Source of the DNA: Basidiobolus meristosporus CBS 931.73
Taxonomy: Eukaryota; Fungi; Basidiobolomycota
NCBI GenBank assembly: GCA_002104905.1
Contig: MCFE01000009.1
Span: 124,001-188,000 of the forward strand
Length of the DNA stretch: 64,000 nucleotides
Reading direction: 5' to 3'
Shown here: positions 1-12,254 of the stretch, piece by piece
Numbering within the stretch: the first letter of the stretch is position 1
How the letters are laid out: each line of letters starts with the position of its first letter
Translations under genes and position numbers: made by a program
Notes under the pieces: model-generated
What the model was told of the DNA's origin: nothing
The model's input: only the letters and a program-made list of their open reading frames with translations
Database searches by the model: none

Positions 1-14
1 TGAATTTACATATT

Positions 15-376
15 ATATTTGCTCCATTGGATAGTGCCACATTGAGTCATGAGTGCCAAACAATGCCATAGTGTGTCAGGGAGGCCAAGTGTGCCTATAG
101 TTGGCCACAGAGTGTGGCACATAGCTCTTCAGCTTCATGCAAAGCAGCCCCTGTGTTTCACTCATTGCAATGTAGAAAATCCACTTTTTGAACTTTTTTT
201 TGCATCAATTTTGTGCAGAATGTGTAAGAGCACAGAAGAACTGAAGACATGTGTCTGGTACTCAATACCCATGGCACTCTGAATCTAGCTCCTGTGGCTT
301 GTATCATGTCCACAAAAATGCATGGTACTATTTGGCACTCATGGCTCAATGTGGCACTATCCAACAGAACAAGTCT
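15..376. mobile_element. MITE-like non-autonomous element of the same PHIS-like family as 5632-9063
   Basis: About 46-bp imperfect TIRs: left ATATTTGCTCCATTGGATAGTGCCACATTGAGTCATGAGTGCCAAA, right (reverse complement) AGACTTGTTCTGTTGGATAGTGCCACATTGAGCCATGAGTGCCAAA. ATT flanks both sides. No coding capacity. Confidence 0.7.
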
Positions 377-444
377 ATTAGCTCTAAAGTAAAACTTAAA
401 AAAGCAGTTATAGTACCAGATAGTACCAGTGGACAAAGATAATG

Positions 445-750
445 CATGCATTTTTGTGACATGTCACAAGCTGCAGGAGCTAGATTCAGAGTACCATTGG
501 TATTGAGTATCAGATACATACCCTCAGTTCTTTTTTGCCCTTACACATCATGCAAAACATTGATCTCAAAAAGGTCAAAAATGGATTTTCCCCAGAACAA
601 TAGGATAAACACAGAGGCTGCTTTACATGAGGAGCAAGAACCATGCTTTACTCTCTGTGGCCAAGTTTAGGTTGGCTTTGTCTCTCTGGCACACAATGGC
701 ACTATTTTGCACTTGTGGCTTAATGTGACACTATCCAACACAACAAGTCT
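445..750. mobile_element. Truncated inverted copy of the 15-376 MITE
   Basis: 446-590 is a diverged reverse complement of about 170-310. It ends in CACTATCCAACACAACAAGTCT followed by AAT, the family terminus. Confidence 0.6.
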
Positions 751-2294
751 AATATATAAGTGGCTTTTAACTGGTTCTCTGCCAATTCTCTCACTTTCTG
801 ATCCTAGACACTCAATCAGCTCCAATATTTGTGTATTTTGATTGGCTGTTACTTCTTCTTCACATTCTTTACTTCCCAACACAACCAATGATCTTACCTC
901 TCATGCAGGCAAATACTCTATTTTTGTTGAAACTTCAGTTGTACCTCAATTGTCAACTGAACTAGCATATTCAACTCTATAAACCCAACATTAACAATAG
1001 GTCTAGCCCCACACTCAAAAAGTCACTTCATTAGAATCCACCATACAATATATGATACATATTCTGCTGTAAGGCACTTTTCCAAGACTTTGGTGGAAAC
1101 CCTGCAACTTATGCTATTGTTCATTCACTGGTTTCTATTTTTCCTGGTCTTCAGCTGGCACTGTAAGGTCTAGCACCTTATCTGCCAGCCTTGCAATAAG
1201 TCCTTCCAGTATATAAGTGCACTTTATTGAGCACTGCTCCTGAAGAAGTGTTGCAGCCACTTGGTGTGCCAATTAATTCACCAAAATTTCACTGTAGGAG
1301 TTATTATAGTCTTTTGAATTCTTGACATTGTTGCTTTGTCTGCCAGTGGGATCTCCCCTCTGTCTACAAAGAAGGATGTGGGGGCAGTGGTAGACCAATT
1401 GTCTTTCTCTGCAAGCTCATCTACCTCACCAAAGTGTAGCCCTATGAGAAATAACCTGGTCCTGCAGGTGAATTCAATCTGGATCAACTGTCAAGATCCA
1501 GCAATGAGGCCACCATAATGCCAGCAGCTTAGAATACTTGACCCTCTAAACAATCTTATGATGGTTTTGCAACTGCATTTTGCTGAATTTACTGCCAAAT
1601 AGAGTTAAAAACTTGATGGTGCTGAAGCAGTCTTGAGCCAAGAATTGCATGGCATTCTGATGGTGTTAATGTGCTTTACATTCATTTGTTCTGACAGCCT
1701 CATTTCAGACCTCTGCTTGTGTTGTAACATAAGTACAGCAGCCTACTGCTAGTTATGTATAATACCATCATACTAATTTACCAAATAGTATATTCATTGT
1801 CTACTGCTCCTTGTTCCAATCATATATTCCACTGTAGAGTCTCTCCTCTTGATTTGCTTACCCATTACTACCATGGGTAGTTCATTTCATGCTTGAATCC
1901 AAAAAATTTTGGGCTCCTGCTTACCAGCATCCATATAAGCACAAACCCACTGCAATTGACACAATTCTATCACCTCAACTTTACAGATTTTCAGTGTAAT
2001 ACTTACAAATTTGCCATATACCATGTATTGCTGGTGTTGTATACATCTTGCAAGCATATGCTTGGTTACCACCACTTTTGACATCAATAGCTCCTGAATA
2101 TCCACTAAGAACTTTTCTGGATTTAGCTAATATAATACTTTTCCCTGCTGGATTCTAGTCCCCCTTGTAGGTGTAATCTGACTCTTATTTGTGTGAATTC
2201 CTGACTGAATGATGTAGAAATTGGCTTGTGACCAAGAGGAACTTGGCATACTTTGCTAAATTTGTCCTATTTTTGTATTTGAAAAAATATGTAG

Positions 2295-2645
2295 TGTTTG
2301 CTTGTTGTGTCCAACCCAACTATGGGCCAAGTGAGTGCAGTGCATCTTTATGATGTATTACAGGCCCTGGCAGCCAAGTTTTGGGTGAAATGAGCATTGA
2401 ATACCAAATGTATGTTCTAAGTCTCTGTGTGCTCTTGCGCACTCTTGACAGCATTGCATCCAAAAAAAGTTAGGAAATGGATTTTCTTCAGCATTATAGG
2501 AGATGCATAGGGGCTACTTTTGATGGAGATGTAGAGCTACATTTCACTGTCTGTAGCTAAGTATAAGTCTGGTTTGCTACTTGGGCATACTATGACACTT
2601 TTTTGCTCTTGTGGCTCAATGTGCACTATCCACCACAACAAGTCT
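2295..2645. mobile_element. Degenerate MITE copy; left boundary approximate
   Basis: Ends in GTGGCTCAATGTGCACTATCCACCACAACAAGTCT followed by AAT. The internal segment (CAAAAAAAGT...AATGGATTTTC) resembles 565-590. Confidence 0.5.
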
Positions 2646-3240
2646 AATGAGAAATGTGAATCTGAGCATAGTGCAGCAGTTAAGCAGATTTTTAGATACC
2701 CAAAATGAACTGCTGAAACTTGATTATGGTTGACCTGTAAGGATTTTGAGCATGATGTTGTGGGATACTCTGATGCTAATTGGGCACAATATCTGGAAGC
2801 CAGAGAATCTACCACAGAATTCACCTTTCTCTTCTGTAAAGGACCAATTTCATGGTATTCAAGAAAGCAACCAACTGTAGCACTTTCCACCAAAGAGGCA
2901 GAATACATGGTAGCATGAGAAGCTACTAAAGAAGCAATGTGGCATAGAAAGCTTTTAAAAGACTTGGGCTTATGCCAACTAGCCCCTACAACATAATTTT
3001 AAGATAATCATGGATGTATGAAATTAGGTTGATCCCCAACTTTTCATGCAAGAACTAAGCACATATATTTTAGACATCATCTCATATGTGAAGCTATCGA
3101 GAGTGACCTGGCCAAATTTCTCTATTGTGGTACCAATTATACAGCTCCAGACATATTTACCAAACCATTAGCAAGAAACAAGCTTGAATATATCATGTTA
3201 TAACTAGGATTAGTTTATTTGAATGTTTAGTTGAGTGGGT
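2646..3240 (+). mobile_element. Ty1/Copia retrotransposon relic (end of RT and RNase H), pseudogenised
   Basis: Translation gives VVGYSDANWA, GPISWYSRKQPTVALSTKEAEY, DNHG, HARTKHI and DIFTKPL with several stops. A PPT-like TTGAGTGGG followed by TATGTTG lies at about 3231-3247. Confidence 0.8.
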
Positions 3241-3342
3241 ATGTTGTCAAAATACTCAATAGATTACAGAATACTGACCAAATTTCTTATTAGGATTTAC
3301 TTTGCAGGCTTTCATGTTCTGGGTACCTGATGCGTAATTAAT

Positions 3343-3700
3343 TTATTCTAAGTGTCCAAGCAATCCCAAACTTTGCACACATGTACTGCAGTTCTTCCCA
3401 AACATACTCCCTGTGCTTTCTTTACCAACACTATATAAAAGTCTAAATACCACTTTTACATTCAATAAGTCATTAAGTGAAAACCCAACAGTATACTTGT
3501 TTGCCCAATTACTTCCAATATCTTTAAGACTCTCCCAACAGAATTTCACAAAGACAAAGTATCATTGCCTTTGGAGGACAAGACTAGGGAACAATTCAGG
3601 CTCTGCTTAGAGTTAGTATTCCTTTACAAGTTCTTCTCAAGAGCTTTGGGTAGATGACACAAACTCACAGGTAGGTCCAAAGCAATCTGATAAGGCTGCT
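3343..3700 (-). mobile_element. Possible 3' relic of an RTE-like LINE
   Basis: WESLKDIGSNWANK and C-terminal CSTC...GLLGHL resemble the WESLA.DR..W segment and terminal CxxC...H motif of RTE-clade ORFs. Heavily decayed. Confidence 0.35.
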
Positions 3701-3813
3701 ATTAATAGGCACATGGCAGGAGAGTAAAGGTAGGCAAGGCAGGACCAGCAAAGGGCTTGGGTGTGGATCAGCAAGGCAAGGCTGTTTAATCAGGATTTAT
3801 GCTCATAGATATT

Positions 3814-5089
3814 ATGCTTGTTCCATTGGATAGTGCCAGATAGTTCTGTAGAGTGCCAGATTGATCTGGCACTATAAACAGGCTGGCACTATAATTTCTG
3901 CCATTATGCCTGAGGAAGGATACATTTACTAGCAGTCTTACTCAATCTGACTTATATAGCTTAAAGTATTGCTTTTCTTGCCTTATTGACTCTTCATAAT
4001 ACTCCAGGCTATTTGTACCTGCATGTGCTGTTATACATGGCCATCAGCAAGTTACTTCTTGTGAATAACTGATAATGACCTGCTGGAAGTGCCCCAATCA
4101 CAGGAGCCTTTGGCAAGTAAAAGAGCACATCAGCATGTTGCACTTGAGACCAGTTTTGTAACGTCAATTAGAGCAATTCAATGTGGCCAAGCTCTATTGC
4201 CGCAATCATCAACCAGGAGGCATAATACTGACTACAAGTACACAAGTAGTGATAGAAATAATCAACAAGGAAGAATTTCAGGTGTCCCAAGTGAGCCACC
4301 ACCAAATGCTTCTGTAATAATCCCTGTGAGAGAAAAACCTAGGGAACAATGATATATTTGTATTGAATTGCTGTCATTTGTCATGATCCAAACAAGGCAT
4401 TTTTTTGCAATTGGAATTGAGCCATTGCAAACCAGTGAACACCAAATTTTTGATATAAGCAATGTCAAGGTTGTCTTGGATTTGAGACAGAATCCTCATA
4501 AATATACACTCTGCATACTTATACATCATCTGTAACACCAGTGTAGCTATTTGATCTGTTTTGCACCTACCTAATCAGTTGCTTACTAGCATTGACACCT
4601 TGTCTAGTTGCTAAATTCAGGGATTTACTTGTTCAATGGGCAAAATGGGATATTTGATGGCAAATTATGTAACTTGTGTATTAGCAAATAGCCTAGTAGG
4701 GGCTCACAGCTTCAGAGTACTTTTAGACCAATTGACCACTGCCATACTGTCCAATTGGAGTGACGGTACCCAAAAATGTAAGTATTGGTGTAGTTTATAG
4801 TGTGATGCACATTTATTTCTATCTACAGTAAAGAAACAAATATAAATACTGGATTTTACCTACCATAATAGTGGTATCCAATTGCACACATGATGCAAAT
4901 ATTACAAGGTGCAATCATTCATGCCAACCTAATTGTGTGAGATTGTGCCATAGTATGCAGATTGTCAAATGTAGTGCAAAATTGGCCAAAAGCAATCCTG
5001 CTTACTGGTGGCAACAGCATTGCACCTGATTGTTCTTAAATGCTGTGGATTGTACTGCGCACCCTGGTACAGCACAATGCAACAAGTCT
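3814..5089. mobile_element. Internally deleted derivative of the 5632-9063 transposon
   Basis: The left end (ATGCTTGTTCCATTGGATAGTGCC) and about 200 bp match 5632-5850. The sequence then jumps at about 4030 to match about 8010-9063 and ends in ACAAGTCT. Flanks are ATT and ATC. Confidence 0.8.
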
Positions 5090-5814
5090 ATCAGTATATA
5101 TATAAGAGGCATGGCAAAATATATGCTTTCAAATGCATTGATGCCAAGAGATATTGGCTAAAACTGATGGGGTTCTGGGGCAAAACATTGATAGTGTGCC
5201 TAGATTACAATATATTATGGAACAAACTAGAATACCACATGGGGATATGGAAGTGATAAGGTGAGCATACTGCATGGGGAGAATAGGTTATGCCTTCAAG
5301 CTGACCTCACCCTTCTAAATTTGGCCCATATAATAACAGTACTGCAGAAGAAGACTCCTTAATGGATTGCAAGCCATAATTCCATCAAAAAAGTGCCCTG
5401 CTTGAGTCTAGTAAAGTCTCACTGCTAGACAAGACAGCATCTAAGGATAAAGTCAATGCCTAGAGTTTGCTGAATAACTGAGCCCAGTGTTTAATTCACT
5501 ATTCAGTTATGCACAGCATTGGGTAGAAAAGGCTTACATTTAACAGCAGGTATACCAAGCTGCATGCAACCCTTTGAAAAACTGGAGATATTTGAAATAA
5601 TTGGCAAGATATTGCAGAGCTTGGGGACATTAGACTTGTTCCGTTGGATAGTGCCACATAGTGCCAGCCTGTTTATAGTGCCAGATTGATCTCGCACCCT
5701 ACGGCGCTATCTGGCACTATAATTTCTACCATGATGCCAGTGGTATGATACAGTTACTGGTAATTTTACTCAATCTTACTTATGTTGCTCAGAATAGTGC
5801 TTTCCTTGCTTTAT

Positions 5815-6740
5815 TTACTCTTCATAATGCTCCAGACACATTTCTCTCAGTGGATGTCTTCTTGTATGAACATACTGTGCATGAATAAGTATCTTAACTA
5901 TTTTACCTATTCTGCTGTTTTCTCCTATATATGACTTTCCTCCGTATTTACCTGCCAATATGCTGAATCTCTTCAGATATCCAAATGTGTGCTCTACCCT
6001 TACTCTGAAATGATTAAATATCTCATTGTAGAGCTTCTGCTTCCTGCTAAGCACACCATTCCTTGGCTTCCTATAAGCTGTAATACATCCTAATCTCTGA
6101 CAATCCTCTCCTATATAGGCTAAGTCTGCCATACATTTCTCCCCTCTACTTAATTCAGGATGATTCTCTACCCAGAGTGCTTTGTCATGCCTACTTCCAG
6201 CAAATGGCCCACTAAACCAGATGATGTTACCCTCAATGTCAGACAGTGCTTGTACTTCACACAGTGTGCCTTGTACTTGCCAGAATAAAAGTGCCTCTGC
6301 CCTCTAGAAGGTCTGTTAATCCTCACTGGGAAGGTATCCAAAATACTCCTTATATGGAACCTGTTGCTGAACACTCTGGGATATGGAAGTCTATTGGAGC
6401 TTCTGAACCAAGTATTCCAAGCTTGCTCTAAGTCATTCATACCCTCTGCAAGGTGGTTCTCCATTGCTGTCAGCTGGGAATGAAAGCTTCTAGGACTTTT
6501 GTTGCCATGGATGGTGGGATCAAACCTTGTGGGGCAATAGTTCTTGTAATAGCAGAGAAGCTTAACAAGGGATCTCCTTGAGTAGATTGGGGTTGATGGT
6601 CCACAGTACTTGGTATAGATCTCCTCCAGTGTGTCAAAAGGAAATCCAGTAGTAGTGATGGGATTGATGAGAAAAGACCATTCAGATGAGTAAGTCATAT
6701 TAAAATTGATGGATGATTGTATGGAGGCGGTTTGAATCAA
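5815..6740 (-). pseudogene. DDE_Tnp_4 (IS5/Harbinger-like) transposase with a single frameshift at about 6250
   Basis: Motifs ILDTFP, FYSGKYKAHCVKY(Q)ALSDIEGNIIWFSGPFAGSRHD, MADLAYIG and RVRVEHTFGYLKRF. Restoring one base (TACAA to TACCAA) joins ORFs 6168-6740 and 5815-6132. Confidence 0.85.
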
Positions 6741-7150
6741 TTTGGCGCAATCTGCGTTATTTATCTGATTTTTAACACATTTTGGTTAAATCTCCATCAA
6801 TTGCCATGTATCCCATCATTATGTCGCAAAAATCATCTGCAAACAATGCCTTGGTACTTTTATTGATGGTTTAATCATAGGTCTATAATCAAATAGGAAA
6901 TCTGCGATTGATGTGATCTGATCCATGTCAACGCAATCCAAGATGCATCATGCATAAAATATGGAAAATTCAACAATCACTTTAGTTTTCATATATATTT
7001 CATATAAGACCAGGTTGATGCCAATATACTGCTGTATAAGTATCCAAATCCGTTGCTATGGTCCCCATACCAAGCCTCAACTCATCTTTAGTACAACCCA
7101 GACAAAACCCATCCCCCAGCTCACAAGTGCGGTCCGGACCGGAAAAGTCG

Positions 7151-8320
7151 ATGTTGGATCCGTTTGAGTTCTTGCCAAATGATTTTAGTATGGCCCAAGT
7201 GTCTATGATGAGCCTTCATACAGATATTTTGGCACTACTGATTAATCTAGCAGAACTAGATACCTCAGAGAGTCAACAAAGATGGAAGAATTTGAGTAGA
7301 AAGCTGTGGCATGAGTTCTACATCAAGATGCCAGCCAATGTATGTAAAAAGATATATAACAAGACAAGTATTGAAATCAAGAATGAGCTGAGAGTGAGGG
7401 GATTTGACAAAGAAGCCGCGCAGGAACAATTTTGCGCGCAATTTGCACAGTACGGGCCGGACGCGTCCGTTTGTGCCTCAACTCTAGGAACCAAAGAGAT
7501 TTTGAATGAGTTTTTGCCTCAAATGACTAATGTACTACGTGATATATTAGTAGAGCTAAGTGGCTTCCAAGAGCAATATACACAGGACTCATCCAGGCAA
7601 CAGCTCCAAAGTATCAGACAGAGGGTAAGTGAATACCTTGAGGAATCAGATGGTGAGCTTCAGGAGGAAGAATACAGACCGCGAGCAACATTGTCCAGAT
7701 TGCGCCAGCACGCCTTGCTGGATTCCCTACCATCTCTTGCAACCACAGCGCGCCGGCACACGTCAGTCCAGAGTACGCCAACACCCTTTACCAGAACGCC
7801 CCGCGTCAAGTCAACGCGCATTGAGTCAACCCATGTTGGGTCAACACGTGCGCTTCAGAGCAAAACTACAAGAACTCGCCAAACTGCTCATTTAGACACA
7901 AGTCCATTGGAGCGGACCAAGTCGCGTCAACATGCGGCATCACATCGAACTCAGCCAAGGGCCATCTCAACGCGTCAAGGTGCGCCTGCGCGTGCCGTCT
8001 CACCTGACCATCAGCAAGCTACTTCTGGTGAACTGACTGATGATGACCAACATGAAGTGCCTCAACCACCAGAGCCCTTGGCAAGTAAAAGAACGTGTCA
8101 GCGCGTGGCACTACAGGCCGGTTCAGTTGGTTCAGTCGGAGCAATTCAGCACGGCCAAGCTGCAGCATTGCACTCATCAACTAGGAGGCAAAATACTGAC
8201 TACAAATACACAAGTAGCCAAGATGATAGTCAGCCAGGAAGTAGTATAGGTGTGCAAAGTGAGTCACTACTAAATGCTTCAGTAGTAATCCCTGTGAGAA
8301 AAAAACCCAGAAGAAGATGA
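7151..8320 (+). CDS. Transposon accessory protein, putative Myb/SANT-like DNA-binding N-terminus and long disordered tail
   Basis: Intact ORF of about 389 aa inside the TIRs. RWKNLSRKLWHEFYIKMPANVCKKIYNK resembles a Myb/SANT-like helix pattern. PIF/Harbinger elements typically carry such a second protein. Ends in a basic KKPRRR (NLS-like). Confidence 0.6.
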   Translation: MLDPFEFLPNDFSMAQVSMMSLHTDILALLINLAELDTSESQQRWKNLSRKLWHEFYIKMPANVCKKIYNKTSIEIKNELRVRGFDKEAAQEQFCAQFAQYGPDASVCASTLGTKEILNEFLPQMTNVLRDILVELSGFQEQYTQDSSRQQLQSIRQRVSEYLEESDGELQEEEYRPRATLSRLRQHALLDSLPSLATTARRHTSVQSTPTPFTRTPRVKSTRIESTHVGSTRALQSKTTRTRQTAHLDTSPLERTKSRQHAASHRTQPRAISTRQGAPARAVSPDHQQATSGELTDDDQHEVPQPPEPLASKRTCQRVALQAGSVGSVGAIQHGQAAALHSSTRRQNTDYKYTSSQDDSQPGSSIGVQSESLLNASVVIPVRKKPRRR

Positions 8321-9747
8321 TGCGATCGCTTTGAATCGCTCACATTTGTAATGATCCCAACAACCCTTTTTTTTTGCGATCCGAATCGAGCCATTGCAAA
8401 TCAGTGATCATCAAATTTTTGATATAAGTAATATCAAGGTTGTCTCACATTTGAGACAGAACCCCTATAAATAAACACCCTGCATATATATACGTCATCT
8501 GTACTACCAGTGCAGCTATTGGATCTGTTTTGCACCTACACGATTGCTTGCGTGCTAGCTATGACACCTTGTCCAATCACTAGGATCAGGGATTTACTTT
8601 CTCAATGGGCAAAATGGGATATTTAATGGCAAATCAGGTAGCTTTTTCAGTAGTCAATGAGCCAATTGGGGGCTGCCAGTTTCAGGATACTTTTGGACCA
8701 ATTAACCACTGAGATACCGTCCAATTGGAGTGAGGGTAACCAAAATGGTAAGTATCAGTGTAGTTTATAGTGTGATACACATTTATTTCCATTTACATTA
8801 AAGAAACATATCCAAATACCGGATTTTACCTGCCATTATAGCGGTATCCAATCGCGCATGTGATGCAAACATTACAAGTTGGCGCGATCATCCACGCCAA
8901 CCTCATCGTGTCAGATTGTGCCATAGTGTGCAAGATTGTCCCACATAGTGCAAAATCGTCCAAGAACAATCCTGCCTTCTGGTAGCTATAATATTGCGCC
9001 TGATTGTTCTTTGTGACCGCGGATTGCGCCGTGCGCCCTGGCACGGTACAATGGAACAAGTCTATTATACTGCAGTAATTTTACCAGTCTTTACAGTTAT
9101 ATTTGGGCAATATTTTGACACACTACTTGGAAAATATCCCTACTATGCAAATGCCACTCTGGCATGGAGTCTTGAGCATGTGCTGGCCTTCTGACAGGAT
9201 AACCTGAAATATTATTAAATTGCAGAATGACCATGAGTACAATCAGTGACTTTAGTTAGCACATGTGGTGTTTGTGGTATGCAAATCTTACAAAGCAATA
9301 CATCAAGACACAACTAATTAATGTCCATTTGACAAGACATTGCATTCTTTCCCTAAAGCCAAATTCTGATTTGGGTACATGGTTTGTAAAAATGTATCAG
9401 TCAGTACTTGATATCTATTGACTATAAATAGCATATCACAACCTTCAGTATAGTGTCAGCCAGAAGAAGGAAGAAAGTGAGCTCAGATATGAAGCAAGAA
9501 TTCAAAGAGTGATATTTATTGGTTATATTACACATATTGATTGCCAAGGTTATTTTTTGGTCTTTTGTATGGATGACATCTCACCAAGCTATTTAATCCA
9601 AGTAATTCACATATTTATTCTGGTTGCATGGCATTTTATCCTAATCTGAAAGGGTCAAGTAGACATTCACGTTTTCTGTACCTAGTCTGTCAGAAAGGTT
9701 CCTATCTTTGATGAAGTTAATATCACTTCCATGATGGCTTTAATGGA

Positions 9748-10038
9748 TCAGCAGTAGACATCGTTAGGGTTTCTCTTCAACCTGTCCAACAGTCTTCGTA
9801 GTCTTCTCCAGTCTTTGTCCACAATGTAGGCGGGAGCATCCGCTGGGCATTGCAGTTGTGTCTCGCATATAAAGATCACTTGTCCACGATTACAGAATGC
9901 AAGAATCCCATGCTGTCTGAAGATGATTCCTGGATAGTTTCTCGATGTAAACGGATGACGGCGTGAGGAATTCTCCTGCGCACCCACGACAAAGAGCATG
10001 GCGATACAAGCAAGTAGCAATGTCAAGATATACTTCAT
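9748..10038 (-). CDS. Small secreted Cys-containing protein, family member 1 (type A), 96 aa
   Basis: Signal-peptide-like MKYILTLLLACIAMLFVVGA, then HPFTSRNYPGIIF...FC...IC...CPADA...NPNDVYC. Intronless. The upstream in-frame extension in the ORF track is probably not translated. Confidence 0.85.
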   Translation of the reverse strand: MKYILTLLLACIAMLFVVGAQENSSRRHPFTSRNYPGIIFRQHGILAFCNRGQVIFICETQLQCPADAPAYIVDKDWRRLRRLLDRLKRNPNDVYC

Positions 10039-11481
10039 TTCAGAATAGAAATTGATGATTTTTGGGGCTCTTCTCAACGCGAGAGTATTTAAGGTTTTAT
10101 GGTTAATCAGCTCCAGCGAATTGAGTATCCCAGCCACCGAGGAAATGAAACATGGCGTTCGTCTAACTCATTCACAAAAGGACGCCATGGGTCTTCTATC
10201 AAATCAGAAATGGTAGGGTGTGGTGTTCAAAAACCTTTGCAAGTTTAGACAGGTGGCGCACAGTAGAAGCATTAGCAGTCCACCACTGGCCCAAAATAAT
10301 CGCTTATTTTCGTTGTAAAGAAGACAACCGGGATCTCCTCATCCTTCAATATTATATTTGATAATCAGACAGTCGATTTTTGTCGAATAAGCGACTTACC
10401 GTACTCTGATTGGACCCTTAAGAAAGAAGGCTTGCAAAATGCTAGGTCACCCATGCACCAGCACTGAGCATGAACGAATGTGTAGATTGTGGCATCTTCT
10501 TGACTGTAGACAAGAGGTTTAAAACAGGCCTGTAGACGAAGTCCTACCTATTTTGAACCTAAAATCCATTCCTAACTAGGTTACAATGGGAAGTTGCTGT
10601 GAGGTGGAATGAACCATGAGAGATATAAGCTTAAGTCGCGTTTCACTGAATCATCCATGTATGATTCGCGCTGGAAATTACCACCATCAATATACTTTAC
10701 AAATGTATCAGATTCTAGTTATCGAGCCTCTTCAGGGGCGACAATTTGTAACCATTTTGATAGAATATTTCCGGTCAAGTCATAGTATCCACAAATTTCG
10801 TTGTCTTACCTGGCTGCGCCGATATGAGCACATCGTCGATCACCGTTAGCAATGTCATCAATATGATTAGTTCAAGGCGTATTCGATTGCACTGAGCTTG
10901 GTAGGGTGAACTCCGTTCAAGTATGTGATTCTATGTTGCGCCATGTATATGTATGCTATTGGGGTTGATTTGGAATCATGATCTGTCAACAGCTGGTGTG
11001 GCCATGAGCGATGGCCACTAATTAGAGGTGCACACTTTGTTACTATAGAGCGCATCATTTTTTACATCAGGATCAAACCGTGACTTACCCGTAGCAGAGA
11101 ACTTTTGGCTTGTTGTGAAAGCACTGAAATAACCCGTCCTACCAAGCAGGAAATATTTGTATGTACTGACAGGATTTTTGGTTATTTAGAAGTTTGACTG
11201 ATAAACCGCGTAAGCGAATGCACGGTCACGGAAAACAGCCACGTATTTGGAGCGAAAAAACCATTGAGGCCTGATACTGAATCCATTGATGGTATGACCT
11301 TAATGAATCTCCATTGGATTCAATAGGTTAATGGCGGTGAACTCCTACTTTATTTCTGGTGTGTTAATCATCATCCTTCAAAGATATTTCTTACATATTG
11401 GTATAACATAATAGTATTGCTAAGCACTCCGGTTAACCCTTCGTTTCCGCCATTCTCGCCTAACTTCCTATATCGGTCCAC

Positions 11482-11793
11482 TCAGCGTCTACATTTCCCC
11501 AGCTGCGGATTCTTCTTTATTTCGGCAAGTAGCTCCTCTATCTTGCCCCTGTCATTCTCAAGGGTATAGCACCCTGCATCAGCTAGGCATTGGGCCGATG
11601 TCTCAACCAGGAAGATGATGTATCCGTTGTAACAGACGGCATTTTTCCCGGCCTCGTTGAAGATGATTCCCGGGTAGTTTTGTGGAGTAAACGGATTGCT
11701 GGAAGAGTCAGGGCACTTTGTAGAGTATGACTTAGCCTCTCCTACTGTAACTGTAGCAGCACAAGCAGCGATAAACGTCAGGATATACTTCAT
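11482..11793 (-). CDS. Small secreted protein, member 2 (type B), 103 aa
   Basis: Signal peptide, then STKC...NPFTPQNYPGIIF...VCYNG...CLADAGCY...NPQLGKC. Confidence 0.85.
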   Translation of the reverse strand: MKYILTFIAACAATVTVGEAKSYSTKCPDSSSNPFTPQNYPGIIFNEAGKNAVCYNGYIIFLVETSAQCLADAGCYTLENDRGKIEELLAEIKKNPQLGKCRR

Positions 11794-11822
11794 TTTCTAA
11801 AGTAATGGGACAGCGCTCTGCT

Positions 11823-11830
11823 CCTTTTAT
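11823..11830 (-). promoter_or_regulatory. ATAAAAGG TATA-like box shared by secreted-family promoters (example site)
   Basis: The same octamer lies 30-46 bp upstream of the ATG at 11823, 15006, 21222, 26231 and 60076. ATAAAAGA lies at 49059. Confidence 0.55.
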
Positions 11831-12254
11831 CGAACTTTTATGGTTTCCCCTTATTATAGAGATTATTTACTACGACATAGCATCAAGTGGCTTCTCATTG
11901 AAAGTTGTAATGCACACCTCCCTGATACGAACCCCCGACTATTCGAGCGGTGAATAAATTTCCCATGGCACTTTTCTCTCACCATTTATGCGGTATGTGC
12001 CCTTTTCCTGTCACTACGGGGATACCCCACTATGTACAATCTGTTTTGGCACTATATACAACAGGTTTATTTAAGCCAACTCCTTCGACCTTATGGCTAG
12101 ATTAATTAATAGATTCATATTATCCAGTCTATTCAATGTGCATGTCACATTTCCGTAGTTTCTCTTGCTTCAACAACCATATATAGATCAGCGGTGCCGC
12201 ATTATTATTATAAACCGGACACAACGGAAAAATATTTGAATCGTTCAATTACAA

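Larger units (their letters stand above)
5632..9063. mobile_element. PIF/Harbinger-superfamily (PHIS) DNA transposon of about 3.43 kb with two divergent ORFs
   Basis: Imperfect TIRs AGACTTGTTCCGTTGGATAGTGCC and AGACTTGTTCCATTGTACCGTGCC. ATT direct repeats at 5629-5631 and 9064-9066. DDE_Tnp_4-type transposase plus a second ORF. Repeated subterminal TAGTGCCA motifs. Confidence 0.85.

Noticed and set aside
750-2290. CpG-free stretch, probably another decayed mobile element
   Set aside because: I found no diagnostic motif in any frame, so no call was made.
9748-10137. 129-aa version of member 1 with an N-terminal extension
   Set aside because: Paralogs start at the internal MKYIL ATG (10038), which gives a canonical signal peptide.
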